A stretch of DNA of 64,000 nucleotides from Candidatus Kapaibacterium sp. GTDB taxonomy: Bacteria; Bacteroidota; Ignavibacteria; Palsa-1295. The number at the start of each line of letters is the position of its first letter. Position 1 is the first letter of the stretch. The translations under genes and the position numbers were made by a program. Below are positions 61,753-64,000 of the stretch, piece by piece. The notes beneath the pieces were generated by a model that was given only the letters and a program-made list of their open reading frames with translations, did not search any database and was not told the origin of the DNA. The stretch spans positions 6,393 to 70,392 of the forward strand of contig JBBQWV010000011.1 of the NCBI GenBank assembly GCA_038210275.1. Reading direction: 5' to 3'.

Positions 61753-64000
61753 TTGAGTCAACGCATCATCGTCTTCATATTTTTAAGTTTGCTGATCGGA
61801 GCAAAAGTCTCGGCACAAATCCTGCCGCATGCCGGAACGCACTTTACATTTGGTATTCCTGAAGGTCCGGATGGGCTTGTTGATCCGAGCTTAGGCACAG
61901 GAGCATCGGTGCTGACATTGAATATTGTAAGCATCTATGATGGCAGAGGAATTATTACTTCTCCCAGCGGCTTTTGCCAAGAGTTTACGTTCACCGCAAA
62001 TAATGCTACGACGATCAACTTGCCGTATTCTTTGATGCAATTGACTGATCTCGGGAAAACAAATAAGGGCATCATTGTCAAAACGTCTCAGCCTGCGAAT
62101 GCCGTATTCCACGATTTTCTTTTAGAAGCAGGCGAAGCAACGCAGATCTATCCTGACGAAGCTCTTGATACTGATTACCGGATAACTTCATGGGGAGTTT
62201 TTGACGATCCGGGAGAAGATAATCATTCGGAGTTCGTCATTACGGCAACGCAAGATAATACTGACGTTACGATCGTCCCTTCTGTTCAGGCTTTAGGCAA
62301 TCATGCTGCAGGGGTTCCAATTCAGGTAGTGCTTAATCGGGGCGAATGCTATATCGTAAAAGCAGATAATTTGGCTGCACCCACGACTTCACTTTCAAAT
62401 TCTGTCGTACATTCATCGAAGCCGGTAAGTGTTATCGCCGGGATTACCTGTGGGTATGTTCCATTAGCTGTAGAGTCCTGTAACGAGATGATCGATGAGG
62501 TATTGCCGAAAAAGATCACGGGTACAACATTTTATGTCGTTCCTTTGCGAGACGGCACGGTAGAGAATACTGTTCTTTTTACTTCCGACAATTTAAATTT
62601 TTCGCTCTTAACAGCGGCAGGGATTTTTTATTCGACAACAACAGGGCGTATAGTTTTGACGGTTGATAAGCCTTCGATGTTTACCGTGACGGCTCCTTCG
62701 CAATGTTTCTTGCTTGCCGAAGGATCTGCTCTTCAGTCAATAAGCGATCCATCTATTGTTACTATTCTACCGCCCGAACAATATTTTGATACGATGGTAT
62801 GGTTTACTCCTCCTTTTATAGGGCAAGTCAGGTTCCAAAATACTCCGTTCGAAAATTTTGTATCCGTCGTTTATCCAAAAGCTTCTGAAGGACAGGTCTT
62901 GCTTGATGGCGCGCCGATTGCTTCGGTTACGACTCCGAAAGGAATTATCGGATCACAAATGTCAGGCGCAGTGGTAAACATCCAACCCGGCGTTCACCGT
63001 CTTACTTCTCCGGTACCAATTTTTGCAACGGTCGCAGGATTTTCAGAGGCAGACGGATATTCTTTCTTTCCTGGGGGTGTCGGACCAAAACTTCCAATTG
63101 ATACACTTCCGGCATCTTTAAATATTTCTGCGACTACTGCACAAACATGCAGAACTTTTGATGCAACCGTTTCAACAAGTTTTCATGCCCAAGATAATAT
63201 TAATTCTGCAAAACTTACGATCACCTACGATGCCGCTCTGCTTACTGTAGTTTCTTCAAGTTTCGGAGCAACAGCACAAGGCGCAGGATGGGTAAGTGAT
63301 ATCCGCACACCCGGGAAAATATTTATTACTGCTTCTTGCCTTACGCCATTTACCGATAGCGGTATTATCGTAACGATAAAATTTGCGACAGGTCCATCTG
63401 TTACAACAACCCCAATTACTGCTGATCTTCAAGAATTTGGCGGAGAAAGTATTTACGGTATCTTCGCCGCGAGCGTTAAAAAAGATATTAGTATTGAGGA
63501 AGTTCGAGATACTGCAAAAGCGACGTATTCTATTAAAGCGGGGACAACACGTTTCGGAAATCACGACACCGCAGTCGTAACACTCTTAACTATTCCTAAT
63601 GAAGCGATTACCGATATTATTTTGAGATTGTCTTATAATCACGATGTGATGCACCTCTTATCTGCCGATCTTTTAAATACTTTGGCGGTAAAAGCAACCG
63701 CGACAGTACCGGTTCCGATCGATACGAGAACAGATGAATTATCTATAAAAGTACAGCCTCCGATGGTCTTTACTGCTCCCGGAGTTCTTGCGCGATTAAT
63801 TTTTGATACGTATGTTTCTGATTCCACTTCTTCAAATATAGGACTTCAGGCATCATTGCTTAATTCCCGTCCTTGCCCGCTTGATATTCTTTCCGATACG
63901 GTAAGTAATGAGTTTTTTGGAAGCGATACATGCGGCTCCAGTAGCCTTCGTGCAATTCTCCGCAATCAGCCATTCGCGATTAACTCAATTACTCCCAATC
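61753..64000 (+). CDS. Secreted protein with an IgGFc-binding-protein-N-terminal-like domain and two cohesin-like modules, 3' end off the window
   Basis: Open-ended, so absent from the track. I translated the frame by hand from the TTG at 61753 to base 64000 and found no stop. Signal peptide MSQRIIVFIFLSLLIGAKVSAQ/I. SSKPVSVIAGITCGYVPLAVESCNEMIDEVLPKKITGTTFYVVP matches the IgGFc_binding pattern. KLTITYDAALLTVVSS... and LRLSYNHDVMHLLSAD... are cohesin-like. Confidence 0.7.
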   Translation, partial: MSQRIIVFIFLSLLIGAKVSAQILPHAGTHFTFGIPEGPDGLVDPSLGTGASVLTLNIVSIYDGRGIITSPSGFCQEFTFTANNATTINLPYSLMQLTDLGKTNKGIIVKTSQPANAVFHDFLLEAGEATQIYPDEALDTDYRITSWGVFDDPGEDNHSEFVITATQDNTDVTIVPSVQALGNHAAGVPIQVVLNRGECYIVKADNLAAPTTSLSNSVVHSSKPVSVIAGITCGYVPLAVESCNEMIDEVLPKKITGTTFYVVPLRDGTVENTVLFTSDNLNFSLLTAAGIFYSTTTGRIVLTVDKPSMFTVTAPSQCFLLAEGSALQSISDPSIVTILPPEQYFDTMVWFTPPFIGQVRFQNTPFENFVSVVYPKASEGQVLLDGAPIASVTTPKGIIGSQMSGAVVNIQPGVHRLTSPVPIFATVAGFSEADGYSFFPGGVGPKLPIDTLPASLNISATTAQTCRTFDATVSTSFHAQDNINSAKLTITYDAALLTVVSSSFGATAQGAGWVSDIRTPGKIFITASCLTPFTDSGIIVTIKFATGPSVTTTPITADLQEFGGESIYGIFAASVKKDISIEEVRDTAKATYSIKAGTTRFGNHDTAVVTLLTIPNEAITDIILRLSYNHDVMHLLSADLLNTLAVKATATVPVPIDTRTDELSIKVQPPMVFTAPGVLARLIFDTYVSDSTSSNIGLQASLLNSRPCPLDILSDTVSNEFFGSDTCGSSSLRAILRNQPFAINSITPN

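Overview
This 64 kb window is chromosomal DNA that looks like an FCB-group bacterium (Bacteroidota or Ignavibacteriota-like). That placement is an inference from three things: type IX secretion (T9SS) genes, T9SS C-terminal sorting domains, and signal peptides that almost all expose Gln at +1. I support about 56 protein genes and one tRNA-Leu(UAA).

Content falls into five groups:
- Housekeeping genes: hisS, lysS, ruvC, tmk, queA, holA, der, tsaB, tsaE, gmk, rpoZ, and a stand-alone C-terminal half of carB.
- T9SS machinery: porU, porV, porX.
- Predicted secreted or T9SS cargo proteins: three SBBP-like beta-propeller paralogues, a 1080 aa protein, an IgGFc-binding-like plus cohesin-like protein, a tail-fibre-like protein, and a C1q/BclA-like protein.
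- Toxin-type modules: PIN plus antitoxin, HigBA, HicBA, and a class II Fic.
- A dense population of intergenic hairpin or MITE-like repeat families, labelled A, B, C and E here.

I found no CRISPR array, rRNA, transposase, integrase or prophage block.

The observations I consider most worth following up:
- A GxxExxY gene enclosed by 39 nt inverted repeats built from helically phased CGGAT words.
- A Fic gene bracketed by inverted copies of an AT-rich 9-9-9 palindrome, which also sits upstream of the neighbouring EamA gene.
- A porU-porV array that continues into uncharacterised exported proteins, two of them tandem paralogues.
- Homogenised 3' ends (the sorting domain) on two tandem cargo paralogues.
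- A DUF1573-dihaem cytochrome c fusion next to two outer-membrane barrel genes.
- A protein with a histone H1-like tail, flanked by MITE-like elements.

All functional calls come from motif recognition by eye. No database search was run.
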